Source: Dudresnaya verticillata
Taxonomy: Eukaryota
Assembly: GCA_977862235.1 (NCBI GenBank)
Contig: OZ374564.1
Coordinates: 2,604,001-2,668,000, forward strand
DNA length: 64,000 bases
Direction of reading: 5' to 3'
Each line of letters starts with the position of its first letter. Position 1 is the stretch's first letter. The notes under the pieces are model-generated. The model was given only the letters and a program-made list of their open reading frames with translations, was not told the origin of the DNA and did no database searches. Position numbers and translations under genes: made by a program. Below, piece by piece: positions 11,130-23,478 of the stretch.

Positions 11130-11513
11130 TTAAATGTATAAGCCCGTGATTGCTTCGCTGAAGCGTGCAGATCCCAAAGTCCAATTAATCTTCAAGGTGT
11201 GAATGTCAATTTGAACATACAAGCTATACTGGCTGTTGAACAGATAGATCGACCACTGATCGTAACGTTTGAAGTCAAAGTCGATTGGCGTCGGACCATT
11301 GAGGTGCCACGCCCATTTGGATCCGGAAACCTTCACGAATTTACCATGGCTATACTTAGCGGTGGTAACCTGGGTAGGGCTTATTTTGATGGCTGTGGAG
11401 AGATCGACCTTCTCGGCAGCATTCAGCTTTGTGGTGCTACTTTGTGGGGCAGCAGCAGTGAGTACGACCAGTATCAGGGACATGGCAACGAACAGTGGGG
11501 TAGAGGTCATCAT
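11130..11513 (-). CDS. Secreted protein A, copy 1 (127 aa, divergent variant)
   Basis: ATG at 11513; hydrophobic signal MMTSTPLFVAMSLILVVLTAAA; beta-rich aromatic mature domain (GKFVKVSGSKW...YDQWSIYLF...VQIDI); TATAAA upstream at 11669-11674. Confidence 0.8.
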   Translation of the reverse strand: MMTSTPLFVAMSLILVVLTAAAPQSSTTKLNAAEKVDLSTAIKISPTQVTTAKYSHGKFVKVSGSKWAWHLNGPTPIDFDFKRYDQWSIYLFNSQYSLYVQIDIHTLKINWTLGSARFSEAITGLYI

Positions 11514-14199
11514 TATTCTTAACTTCGTTGAGGGTAGGTAGGCCTTGGGAGAGGTTGCACTGCAAGCAGATAAGTTGTAGATGGAATCGAATTGCAAAGA
11601 AGCGGGTAAAAGTAGTAGTTTGTTGAGATGCGAAGGAAGCAGGGATGGTGTCCACATGGTACTCGGCCTTTATATGCGATTTGGAGAGGATGACTAAGTA
11701 ACTCTGTTTGTAGTAATAGGCTGGGCAACAATTCTGCACTGATTAATGAGAAGAGATGCAGTTTTCTGGCAGATTACAGACTGGTGCTTATAAGAGAAGG
11801 GCGAAGAAGGGACAATAAAGCTGTCATTGGAATAGTGATTGGAGCATCACTGCACTGCTCTTATGTGAGACTTGTGTGTGATCGCCAAAACGTTTAGACT
11901 ATGATCCAATAATGTTTCAGTGGTTCAAGTAGCACAGATGGATAGAGAAGGGGGTTTGCATAGTTCGGTGTGGTCTCAAAAAAGCATTGTTTACGGGCAG
12001 CAGACAGAGTGTTTTCTGAGAGGTACTGGTGTCGGCCCTACGTAGAACTAAGTAGAAAAGAGCAAAATAATGACGAGAGAATGGTACTCTTGCGACCGTT
12101 CCATGTCCAGGAGTCGAGCCCTAAAGAGGGTTCATCTCTACTTCTAGCCAGACGGAAGCATTCCAAAATCCTGCGACTTGAGTAACGCTTTCTTCACCCG
12201 GACAAGTGTACATAGCATGCAGTTCAACAATGTCCGATGGTCTCCGCATAGGTGCAAGTGCACAAGACTTGAAATTTGGTACAGGTGCCTTGCTATGTCA
12301 CGAAATGCCAAGTTGTGACGTTGGTTTTAAGTTGTGTTTAAGGCAGCCGTGCGGGGGCAGTATAAGGCCTATGGGTAGGTGGAATTCTAACGCGGGTTGG
12401 GCTGCTTCCTGCCTATCTGGTCGATGAGGGCAGGCCGATTTCCGTTCATACGTATAATATAGGTCATCCTGTAGGGTCCACATTTTCGCCTTGTGCGCAC
12501 GTGAATGAACTTGGATCATTATGAAGGAGACCGACCCTGATAGAAGAGTATCAAGCCGGTTCTTCCCGTTGCAAGATTCTCTGGTGGCGTTAGGTTATTT
12601 TCAGCACGTGACTCAGAATCTGCCGAAGCTGCTGAAGCTACGCAGAACAGATGTGTTCACGTGAGTTGTGAATGAACCGCATAATACACACGATATTGAT
12701 GGATGGAAATAATCAGCAGTGGAGTTGCGTCGGAATTCGTGGATCTCTGTACATAGCTACGCTGGATGGCCATACAGGTTTGAGGAGGCGTTTTGGTGTG
12801 CTCATTGCACACACATGCAGTACCATAACACTTGAGCACACCAAAACGCCTCCAGGTATGTCTTTGAGTCCCAAGTTGCTACTTTCGTCGCAAGACTTTG
12901 CGACTGATATTTTGCGATGTTTGCACGTGAAGAGCATGCAGTCACAGTTTTATGACTTGCTATTACCTTACGAGAGATTTAATTCATTCCCAGTCCAGAA
13001 ATGCTGCGGTCAGCTGCAGGGATGAGCACAGAGAAACTCTGAGATCATCCAAGGTACCCTGGAATGACGCCAATGACTCCGCAATCTCAATCCCACTATA
13101 CTCTATGGGTTATGCCATGCCCTGATCTAGAAACAGTACAGTTCCCCTATCACCTATCCAAAAGAAGACATTGTTGATGCTTGATGCGATTAGGGCGTTG
13201 ACAGTCGATACGACTAGACTGGTGCTTAGATTCTCAAACGTTCTTCGCAAACTGTCACAAACGGCGTACTGATTGTTAAAATACGGGTTGTCTGCTTGTG
13301 TTTAACAATTGTTCAATATTCCTTTGTATAGCTAAGAATTCAGAATACAGAACGGCTTCCAAGAGTACCTCCCAAACAGCACGGGAGCTGCCATCGATCC
13401 ATCCCTAGACACCAAGGTGGAAACGGGTGAACATGTAGCCGTTTTGTTCTTAAAGAATAATCTATTTGGGAAAATCCACTGCCGCATCTTGTTCATGCTT
13501 TTTTCCGCTCGCCTCCAACCGCATCTCGTACCGATGAAGGCCGCAACAATAGATATAGTCGAGGTCTGACACGCGACAGGTCTGGTTGGAAAGCAGACAA
13601 CGACTCGATGTATTCCCAGCATGGCTGCTCAGCCCATTCCTCTCTCGTCGATAATCTCGCACACTCGCTTTGCCAGCCGACCAAAAGGGCAGCCCCCAAA
13701 ACCTCCCCACTGAGACTCTTTCCTGACAATAGTCAAAAAACGGCCTGCGATGTGTTGCTACACATGGGCTGTCCATGCATCACCACGCTTGGCAATGTAC
13801 AGGGCAGTTTATATATTTTATTGCCTGGACGTCGAATAGGCTTCTTCTTCGATTGAAGAAAGATGGCAAGAGGGATTGAACTTGTTTAAACTTTACAAGA
13901 GCATTCTAAGTGCAACCGCATGTATAAAGCTGTGTCTATGTGCCGGCGCAGTATCCATGTTCTCTTTCCGGGGCTCAGAAGCTCGAGAAGCGAATGCCAG
14001 TACTTTGCTATTGCCGAAGTCGCGGCTCTAGTGTCTACTCTGAATCTTGCGATGAAAGGGATGCTTGCTAATATCAAGCCTCCGAGCATATTTGCATCCA
14101 GTGTCACCCCTCATCGTGAAGGGATGGACATATTTTCCATCAACGTAGACACCTACGCTTCTGTGGGACCTGGAGCTCATCACGTCACTCGCACTACTG

Positions 14200-15613
14200 G
14201 TTCCTCCGCTGTGTACGAATACCACGGTAGCAGCCCGTTTGATGAAAGTCGTGTGCGGAAAGCCCTGTTTATCGCTCACTTGCTTCGATATCCATCTTCA
14301 TCTTCTGCCATCAAGGGCCGTCGACTTTCCCTCTATCTCTAGGTACTGTTCCTTCCGGGCGTGAGCTGGTGTCCCTCCTCAGCTTCTACATGCACCGTTT
14401 GCACTCGAACCCTCCATGTCGCTTATTTGCTGATGATTGCCTCCACCATGGACCATCTCCGGCATTTATTCGCACAGCACTTCAGGTCTGCGATGAGTCG
14501 GCCCGAGACACAGGCATGTATTGGCCCGTCAAGAAATGCGCTATCGTCATGCCAGCCCGGAACCGAAGACACCCTAACAACTTCACCTTTACCCTTAACA
14601 ACGAGAGAATAGTGCATCAACAAAGTGCCCGGTACCTGAGAATCGACATCCCATCGTCAGGAATCGGAACCGCAACAAAAATAAAGCGCGTGAGAAAAGC
14701 CCAGAGTGCAATGGGCGAACTTGTGAGAATGGGCCACCTAAGCTGAGAAATGCCTGATTGTTCCCTCCGCCCGATACTTCTACTCGGTCTTCATATATCC
14801 GATAATTGAACACGGACCAGCACTCGTCCCGTTCACACGAGACCTAACGCAAGCTCTTGACAAGGACGATGCACAATTCTTCCGCCTGTGCATCTCCCAA
14901 GCACCACCAGTGGTTAGCGCACCTCGCTTACGCAAACTACGAGCCCTATGCAGACTTGAGTCCCCAAGATTGCGACAAAGATCCCTACAACACAAAATTG
15001 TTCACAGCCTGCGCCGCTTGACCCAGTGGCAGAACACTCTAGCCTCATGGCAGGAAAGTCGGACACTCACGGCATTATCAACCTTCCGACATCCAGGCAT
15101 CCAAGATATTCTACGCCAGGGTACGCCCCCTACAATACTCGCAATAAGAGAATGGACAATAGCGTTATCAGGAAGAAGGACGGCACCGGTTTACAGCCAT
15201 CACCGGCTACCGCTGGCTCTGCAACTCCCGGACCATCAAGGCAGGAAGTTAGCCACACGATGGAATCTAGGGACTTTCCCGATCCCACCCAGCTGTCCAG
15301 CCGCCCGCCTCGCGCTGCGACTGCACACACAGACCGATGTCACTTCTATCACTCCAAGACCCCGCGACCCATCCGCCCGCCGCCGCCCGCGTCTGCGACG
15401 CCCTGCGATCCATCCGTCGTATATGCCTCGAAGACTACCCCTCACCGCAGGCCACCCGGTGGATATGCCAACCCACTACCACATCTCCATTCTGTAGTGT
15501 ACAACCCCCCGCCCATCAATCCACCGAGTGCCAGAAAATGGGTCAAAGTCGCCCACGCAGGACCACGATAAACAACAAATAAAATACGACGACACATAAA
15601 CATGAATCATCAC
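14200..15613 (+). mobile_element. 5'-truncated, frameshifted LINE (RT C-terminal half, 3' UTR), unit 1
   Basis: LFADDC...ALQVCDE...GMYW.VKKCAIV...ARYL RT motifs; ends in shared tail GTGCCAGAAAATGGGTCAAAGTCGCCCACGCAGGACCAC...AATAAAA...ATCATCAC. Left boundary approximate. Confidence 0.8.
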
Positions 15614-16051
15614 ATAAAGGTTGTGCCCATTCACTAGTATTCGGCCACCTTTTTTTGCAGCTCGACGTATCCGCTCAATGGAAGTTAGAGTGGGTATAAA
15701 GAAGGTTCTATTTTCTAGAAGCTGCAACAGGTAAATGAAATTTGTTAGGAGACCGGGCAAGTTTTGTCACCACGCTCATCGAAAGACAATGAAGCCAGCT
15801 TGCGTTGCAACTTGTTTGAAAATTTTGAATCCCCAGTGCATCGCTGTCGCAACAATCGCATAGAAATGATCCTCTGTACTACTCAAGGTAAGCAACTAAG
15901 TGCATTAACTACATACTTATGTAGCTTTCTTGATTCCTATAATGCCAAGAGCAGCAGAAATGGCAGATATAACAAAACATTGAGATCTGAGAAGAACAAG
16001 ATGGAGATCGTATACTTTCTGGCTGCGTATAAATGCTACATAATCCGGCCG

Positions 16052-16555
16052 TTAGACAGACGCCGCATTCTGCTCAACAGCAATCCGCTCCCGAATCCCA
16101 ACACCCATTCTCGATATCGTGCAGAAGTTAATCCGCCTCGGTGCTGCCGGCGCTGGCTGTGCCAAAGCGTTAAGACCGTCAATAATTTGCTGCCTGATAT
16201 TGCCAATAACAGTCTCTACAGCATTTGTCCAGTGCGGGTGTGCATTTGGACCCTGCCCATGAACCCTGAAGAATTCGTTGCGATGGAATGCAGCTTCGAC
16301 ACGATTGGTGAAGTCCCTAACACGATTGAGAAGATCTTGAGTTGCAGTTCTCCCTCCCACTTGAACCCGAACGTACGTTTCCAATGCTCCCAACTCTTGG
16401 ACTAGGTTCTCCGGAGTGGTGTTGTCCCGAAGGATGTAGGTGCGGGTACCAGCTGTGACTTGTGCAACTACCCTTCCAACGGCTTGTGAGTCAGTACCTG
16501 GCAATGAAAGGATCATCAGAAGCGAGAGGGAGCACACCGTAGCGAACGTTTTCAT
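16052..16555 (-). CDS. Secreted protein B, copy 1 (167 aa, helical, unknown function)
   Basis: AAAATG start, signal MKTFATVCSLSLLMILSLPGTDS, amphipathic-helix-like mature region. Confidence 0.8.
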   Translation of the reverse strand: MKTFATVCSLSLLMILSLPGTDSQAVGRVVAQVTAGTRTYILRDNTTPENLVQELGALETYVRVQVGGRTATQDLLNRVRDFTNRVEAAFHRNEFFRVHGQGPNAHPHWTNAVETVIGNIRQQIIDGLNALAQPAPAAPRRINFCTISRMGVGIRERIAVEQNAASV

Positions 16556-18173
16556 TTTGCAAAAAGAAGTCTTGCCGTTCTTGTCTACTAAACTGTGTCG
16601 TTACAACTCAATCGAAATTCTGTTAGATCTTTGTGAACCTGAACTGCTGATCCGGCCCGAGAAACGTAATCTCAGAGGGAAACGAAATAAACTTACCAGC
16701 TGTCCTTATCGTTGCAAGTAGAGACGATAGTGAATATGAATATCGTAGGTTAGCTTGTGCGAACGGAAGATTGAAATTATTTGCTGGAGGACGTGTTGAT
16801 GGTCGGTGCATGAACAGAGTGTCGAGATGACCGCTACTCCTCTCTTATATCAAGTTCTGGCTGAGCTCACATTTAGCGTATTTATCGCTGGTCGGTTTTA
16901 TCCGATGAAAACACGAATTGCTTGTCGTTGCTCTCAATCATTGCCCGTCTCTCGCTGACCACACGACTGCAAACTGTTGCAGTGCCGTAGGCAACATATG
17001 ATGCCTCCTTTGTACAACAAGTTCGTATCATAATAGTTATTATTTCTATAAGTTTGAGCCCTCCTCTGTCTATTCTTGTCCTGTTCCGAGAACAATGCGG
17101 AATTGGTACAACAGTAGGACATGAGTCGCAGCTAGCAGATGATGGGCTATGTCATCATCTCGAATGGGAAAGCTGACATGCTGCAAATGGCTTAGCATCA
17201 GCAGTTGCCGGAACTACAGTACCAACATCACCGACAAAGAGATGAAACTGGCAACGCGACGTAGACACCACCTGTGCTCCGGGAACTAACTCACAAGAAA
17301 GGGTTGGGCGTTGAATTACGCAATTATGAGGGTGTCTGCATTGATGCCTGCGGTCGCCCAATGTGTTTTTGACACGACAAAAAATTAGTAACATTGCAAT
17401 TTTCTTGAATAAGCCCTCGCTGACGACGCTAGAATAACCTTCGAGGGTAGACAACAACCAGTTAGTTAGCAATCGCAAGTTCGCAGTGAAGTAGCTCGGC
17501 GAAACCGCCTACCGGAACAAAGTCTCAAAAATATTATCTGGCAGTATCCGTGAGGTAGTCCGCAGCAAACTCCAGAGGCTTGGCAGTGGAGTCTTGCTAG
17601 GAAGACCCACAGTTCATTCTATATCTGGAATGCATGGGGCTGAGCAACAATTCGACTCAATCCCTCCAGCGTCATCTCCTTAGCCGGGATGAGGGCATTG
17701 CAAAAATGGGAACAGTATGAGGAGTTGCTACGGTGGTGGGTCAACTAGAATCTGAAATACCTTCACGCCTGTCGGGCTTCGATTTCCCATTCGCCTGGGC
17801 TTATCGTCCTAACGTTTCTCTACCGCAACCAGGATGACCAGCTTACGTTGTTGTCGAATAGTTGGAATTTCTGGACAATACCAATATTGAACTACCCCTA
17901 CCATAGCTTCCGAATGCACAACTAGAGACAACGATACAAGCTGGGCTGCTCGGACCGATGCGGTATAAGAATCGGCGAGGAGAATTCTCTTTGCAATTAC
18001 CGTCTCCAGTATCCATCACACAAACAAACGAGCACTTCAAGTACTTCGCTTCCAATTCGCAGTGAACGGCGAGGACCTTAACCTCTTTTCAACTCTTCCG
18101 TCGTCCTTCCCCTCATCAGGTATCAACAGCATCAATACCCGCAGATTTGCGAACTCCTTCAACTTCAAGAGCC

Positions 18174-18608
18174 ATGAATCGTTTGGTTACTTTGACGATT
18201 TTGATGGTCCTTTCCGTGGCATCGGCAGCCGACGTTTCAAAACCGACGGGTTTCACGTTCGCAGACAAAGTCGTGGGGCATTGGAGTCCGGGAAATTGCT
18301 TTGGAAGGGCATCAGATTCCCGCTGCTGCGAGCACGAAGCTTACTGGTGCGGCAACCACAAGTCGGGGGCTCAGGCTCATTGCCAGTACTGCATCAATAA
18401 CTGTCTTGCAGTTCCAAATGCTGGGGCGGTGCAAGTCAGAGTGGGCGGGGCTTTCGAGACAAAGTACACCCAATCTGCTCTGGCTTGGGGGAAGCTGTGC
18501 AAACATGTTCATGACAATGTAGACTGCCCTACCCCGAGAGTCTGCCTACGTGATGCAAACTGCAGACACAAGGCTCTATCTCAGTCTATCCCCAGATGCA
18601 CAGCTTAA
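18174..18608 (+). CDS. Secreted cysteine-rich protein C, copy 1 (144 aa, 12 Cys)
   Basis: GCCATG start, signal MNRLVTLTILMVLSVASA, 12 cysteines including CC and CxxCxxxC. Confidence 0.85.
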   Translation: MNRLVTLTILMVLSVASAADVSKPTGFTFADKVVGHWSPGNCFGRASDSRCCEHEAYWCGNHKSGAQAHCQYCINNCLAVPNAGAVQVRVGGAFETKYTQSALAWGKLCKHVHDNVDCPTPRVCLRDANCRHKALSQSIPRCTA

Positions 18609-20408
18609 GTGCAAAATCGCACATGCCCCAAGCAGATCTCTGGCCGTGGAGAAGCGTTACGAAATCGGGTGCGTTTCAGATTGGAGGTCAACTGCGGGTC
18701 AGTGTTGTTGAAACTACTGGGTGGGGTGTACTTGACTTCATTTTGTCATTCAGTAACTGTGATATTATTGCACTGTTCCAAGTTGAGGTAAATTGAATTT
18801 GTTCCTGCTCTTGTGAGGTGGAAGTTATAGTTTGTTTCATACATACACTGTTAGCCGGAAAGAAAAGTGCCCTTATACTTCGACCTTCCTGAATAATTTA
18901 ACTTCCATCCGCAACCACCATGAGGCGTCGTCGTCACAACGCCAAGAAAAAGAAGCAGCTGCTTCTAGAGATGCCGTTCTCTCTGGATTCATCAGCTTTC
19001 AAAGAGATGAAAAATGACATAATTGGGGAGGGCATTGTTCCTCTTCTAGATGGTCTTTCAACTCATCTTCCTTTTTTGTTCACATCGGTAACTATGTACA
19101 GTGTTGGCATAAGACTCTCGGAATTTGGACACTAGCTATACAACCGAGCTTGTTTGTTAGCACGAAAGATATTTTCAAGAGCTTTGATACGGGGCCAGAA
19201 TGAAACTTGTGGTTCTCGATAAAAGCAAGCGATCTCTTGGGGATTGACGGTGGAATAAGTGCAGCAATAGATGCACAGCTTCTACTACATGCAGAGGTAC
19301 AGGCAGAGCTTTAGACATGACACGCCGCTTGGGGAAGAGTGGTGTTAAGAGACGTGTAATCTACTACACGGCTGCATACACTGTGCAGTGTAGGAGAAGA
19401 CGGGACAGTCAAAGGGGATACGTTTTTCTTTGTAGTCTCACTTTTTTCTGTTCTACCTTCGCAAAGGTGAAGGCAGTATGCAGAGCGGAATCGAGGTTAG
19501 AATACAGAGCCACTAAACCAAGCCTGAAGGAAACCCGTCACTACCTCTTCACCAACCCCTTTTGTAATGAAGAGCGCAGGACAGGGGCTCTGCAAACGAT
19601 AATGTTGCTTGCCGGTCGTGTCTAGTCCAACATCAGCAATACCTCCACTATTCACACCGACCAGAATGAGAAAGCGTACCATCCTAGTCACGGCGGCCGA
19701 ACTCTACACTTGATCAGAATCTGCAACATAATCTGCGAGCAACCTTCATACATTATCAACTTCACACAACCCCTCATCTTTTAACTTCCCTTTGCAACAG
19801 CTGCCCGTCTTGGAAAACCCAGTTCTACCAATCCGTGTGCATTTAATCTCCTACCGTTCTTCCTGCTTATCTGCAATGAAACCCCATTCCGAAAGCTTCC
19901 TGCTCCACTGCGCCCTTGTAAGTAATACACAGCCAGACTAGTCCTAAAATCCTAACAAGCCCACAATCCCATGCGTTTGAGAAGCACATTCTGCCTGCAC
20001 ATGGGCCTTCAGGTCGCCCGAGCGGGCGATAAAAGTGTACCATCACATTCCCATTAACTCGCTTTATTTCCACAGTTATCGTAAAAACAACCATGTTGTT
20101 GCAATATTTTTCTTTTGCTGCAATAGTATGCACAAGTCCTGAAGACTAGGTTCTAGTTTGATAGAGTCTACCTGTACTGTCAACTGGGAAATTTTGTTGA
20201 GACCTTCAATGCAATGGGCTTAACAGCGGCATGAAGTATGAATTGGCATCCCCCAACTTTATTGAGAAACGGTGAACGATGGGAAGGCACTAACAGCTTC
20301 CTCTCTCACTAATAATTGAAGGCCAGGAAGTATATGTTGGAACGCCACTGAATCACAAAGCAGCATTCAGTTGTGAGCGGCACCTTTCTAGCAGTGCGGA
20401 GGTAGGGC

Positions 20409-20792
20409 TTAGAGGTACAAGCCCGTGATTGCTTGGCTGAAGCGTGTAGATCCCGAAGTCCAATTAATCTTCAAGGTGTGAATGTCAATTTGAACATACA
20501 AGTTATACTGGCTGTTGAACAGATAGATCGACCACTGATCGTAATGTTTGAAGTCAAAGTCGATTGGCGTCGGAAAATGGAAGTGCCACGCCCATTTGGA
20601 TCCGGAAACCTTCACGAATTTACCATGTTTATACGTGGCGACGGTAACCTGGGTAGGGCTTATTTTGATGGCTGTGGAGAGATCGACCTTCTCGGCAGCA
20701 TTCAGCTTTGTGGTGCTACTTTGTGGGGCAGCAGCAGTGAATACGACCAGTACCAGGGACATGGCAACGAACAGTGGGGTAGAGGTCATCAT
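20409..20792 (-). CDS. Secreted protein A, copy 2
   Basis: Paralog of 11130-11513 with 12 mature-domain substitutions. Confidence 0.8.
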   Translation of the reverse strand: MMTSTPLFVAMSLVLVVFTAAAPQSSTTKLNAAEKVDLSTAIKISPTQVTVATYKHGKFVKVSGSKWAWHFHFPTPIDFDFKHYDQWSIYLFNSQYNLYVQIDIHTLKINWTSGSTRFSQAITGLYL

Positions 20793-23478
20793 TATTCTTA
20801 ACTTCGTTGAGGGTAGGTAGGCCTTGGGAGAGGTTGCACTGCAAGCAGATAAGTTGTAGATGGAATCGAATTGCAAAGAAGCGGGTAAAAGTAGTAGTTT
20901 GTTGAGATGCGAAGGAAGCAGGGATGGTGTCCACATGGTACTCGGCCTTTATATGCGATTTGGAGAGGATGACTAAGTAACTCTGTTTGTAGTAATAGGC
21001 TGGGCAACAATTCTGCACTGATTAATGAGAAGAGATGCAGTTTTCTGGCAGATTACAGACTGGTGCTTATAAGAGAAGGGCGAAGAAGGGACAATAAAGC
21101 TGTCATTGGAATAGTGATTGGAGCATCACTGCACTGCTCTTATGTGAAACTTGTGTGTGATCGCCAAAACGTTTAGACTATGATCCAATAATGTTTCAGT
21201 GGTTCAAGTAGCACAGATGGATAGAGAAGGGGGTTTGCATAGTTCGGTGTGGTCTCAAAAAAGCATTGTTTACGGGCAGCAGACAGAGTGTTTTCTGAGA
21301 GGTACTGGTGTCGGCCCTACGTAGAACTAAGTAGAAAAGAGCAAAATAATGACGAGAGAATGGTACTCTTGCGACCGTTCCATGTCCAGGAGTCGAGCCC
21401 TAAAGAGGGTTCATCTCTACTTCTAGCCAGACGGAAGCATTCCAAAATCCTGCGACTTGAGTAACGCTTTCTTCACCCGGACAAGTGTACATAGCATGCA
21501 GTTCAACAATGTCCGATGGTCTCCGCATAGGTGCAAGTGCACAAGACTTGAAATTTGGTACAGGTGCCTTGCTATGTCACGAAATGCCAAGTTGTGACGT
21601 TGGTTTTAAGTTGTGTTTAAGGCAGCCGTGCGGGGGCAGTATAAGGCCTATGGGTAGGTGGAATTCTAACGCGGGTTGGGCTGCTTCCTGCCTATCTGGT
21701 CGATGAGGGCAGGCCGATTTCCGTTCATACGTATAATATAGGTCATCCTGTAGGGTCCACATTTTCGCCTTGTGCGCACGTGAATGAACTTGGATCATTA
21801 TGAAGGAGACCGACCCTGATAGAAGAGTATCAAGCCGGTTCTTCCCGTTGCAAGATTCTCTGGTGGCGTTAGGTTATTTTCAGCACGTGACTCAGAATCT
21901 GCCGAAGCTGCTGAAGCTACGCAGAACAGATGTGTTCACGTGAGTTGTGAATGAACCGCATAATACACACGATATTGATGGATGGAAATAATCAGCAGTG
22001 GAGTTGCGTCGGAATTCGTGGATCTCTGTACATAGCTACGCTGGATGGCCATACAGGTTTGAGGAGGCGTTTTGGTGTGCTCATTGCACACACATGCAGT
22101 ACCATAACACTTGAGCACACCAAAACGCCTCCAGGTATGTCTTTGAGTCCCAAGTTGCTACTTTCGTCGCAAGACTTTGCGACTGATATTTTGCGATGTT
22201 TGCACGTGAAGAGCATGCAGTCACAGTTTTATGACTTGCTATTACCTTACGAGAGATTCAATTCATTCCCAGTCCAGAAATGCTGCGGTCAGCTGCAGGG
22301 ATGAGCACAGAGAAACTCTGAGATCATCCAAGGTACCCTGGAATGACGCCAATGACTCCGCAATCTCAATCCCACTATACTCTATGGGTTATGCCATGCC
22401 CTGATCTAGAAACAGTACAGTTCCCCTATCACCTATCCAAAAGAAGACATTGTTGATGCTTGATGCGATTAGGGCGTTGACAGTCGATACGACTAGACTG
22501 GTGCTTAGATTCTCAAACGTTCTTCGCAAACTGTCACAAACGGCGTACTGATTGTTAAAATACGGGTTGTCTGCTTGTGTTTAACAATTGTTCAATATTC
22601 CTTTGTATAGCTAAGAATTCAGAATACAGAACGGCTTCCAAGAGTACCTCCCAAACAGCACGGGAGCTGCCATCGATCCATCCCTAGACACCAAGGTGGA
22701 AACGGGTGAACATGTAGCCGTTTTGTTCTTAAAGAATAATCTATTTGGGAAAATCCACTGCCGCATCTTGTTCATGCTTTTTTCCGCTCGCCTCCAACCG
22801 CATCTCGTACCGATGAAGGCCGCAACAATAGATATAGTCGAGGTCTGACACGCGACAGGTCTGGTTGGAAAGCAGACAACGACTCGATGTATTCCCAGCA
22901 TGGCTGCTCAGCCCATTCCTCTCTCGTCGATAATCTCGCACACTCGCTTTGCCAGCCGACCAAAAGGGCAGCCCCCAAAACCTCCCCACTGAGACTCTTT
23001 CCTGACAATAGTCAAAAAACGGCCTGCGATGTGTTGCTACACATGGGCTGTCCATGCATCACCACGCTTGGCAATGTACAGGGCAGTTTATATATTTTAT
23101 TGCCTGGACGTCGAATAGGCTTCTTCTTCGATTGAAGAAAGATGGCAAGAGGGATTGAACTTGTTTAAACTTTACAAGAGCATTCTAAGTGCAACCGCAT
23201 GTATAAAGCTGTGTCTATGTGCCGGCGCAGTATCCATGTTCTCTTTCCGGGGCTCAGAAGCTCGAGAAGCGAATGCCAGTACTTTGCTATTGCCGAAGTC
23301 GCGGCTCTAGTGTCTACTCTGAATCTTGCGATGAAAGGGATGCTTGCTAATATCAAGCCTCCGAGCATATTTGCATCCAGTGTCACCCCTCATCGTGAAG
23401 GGATGGACATATTTTCCATCAACGTAGACACCTACGCTTCTGTGGGACCTGGAGCTCATCACGTCACTCGCACTACTG

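Noticed and set aside
12290..12345. Short match to 8400-8447 (ACGAAATG.CAAG..TGTGACGTTGGTTTTAA.TTGTGTTTA)
   Set aside because: Probably another very old LINE scrap; too short to delimit as a feature.
15764..16405. 213-aa plus-strand ORF and its array copies
   Set aside because: Non-ATG start and antisense overlap with gene B, which has a clear signal peptide.
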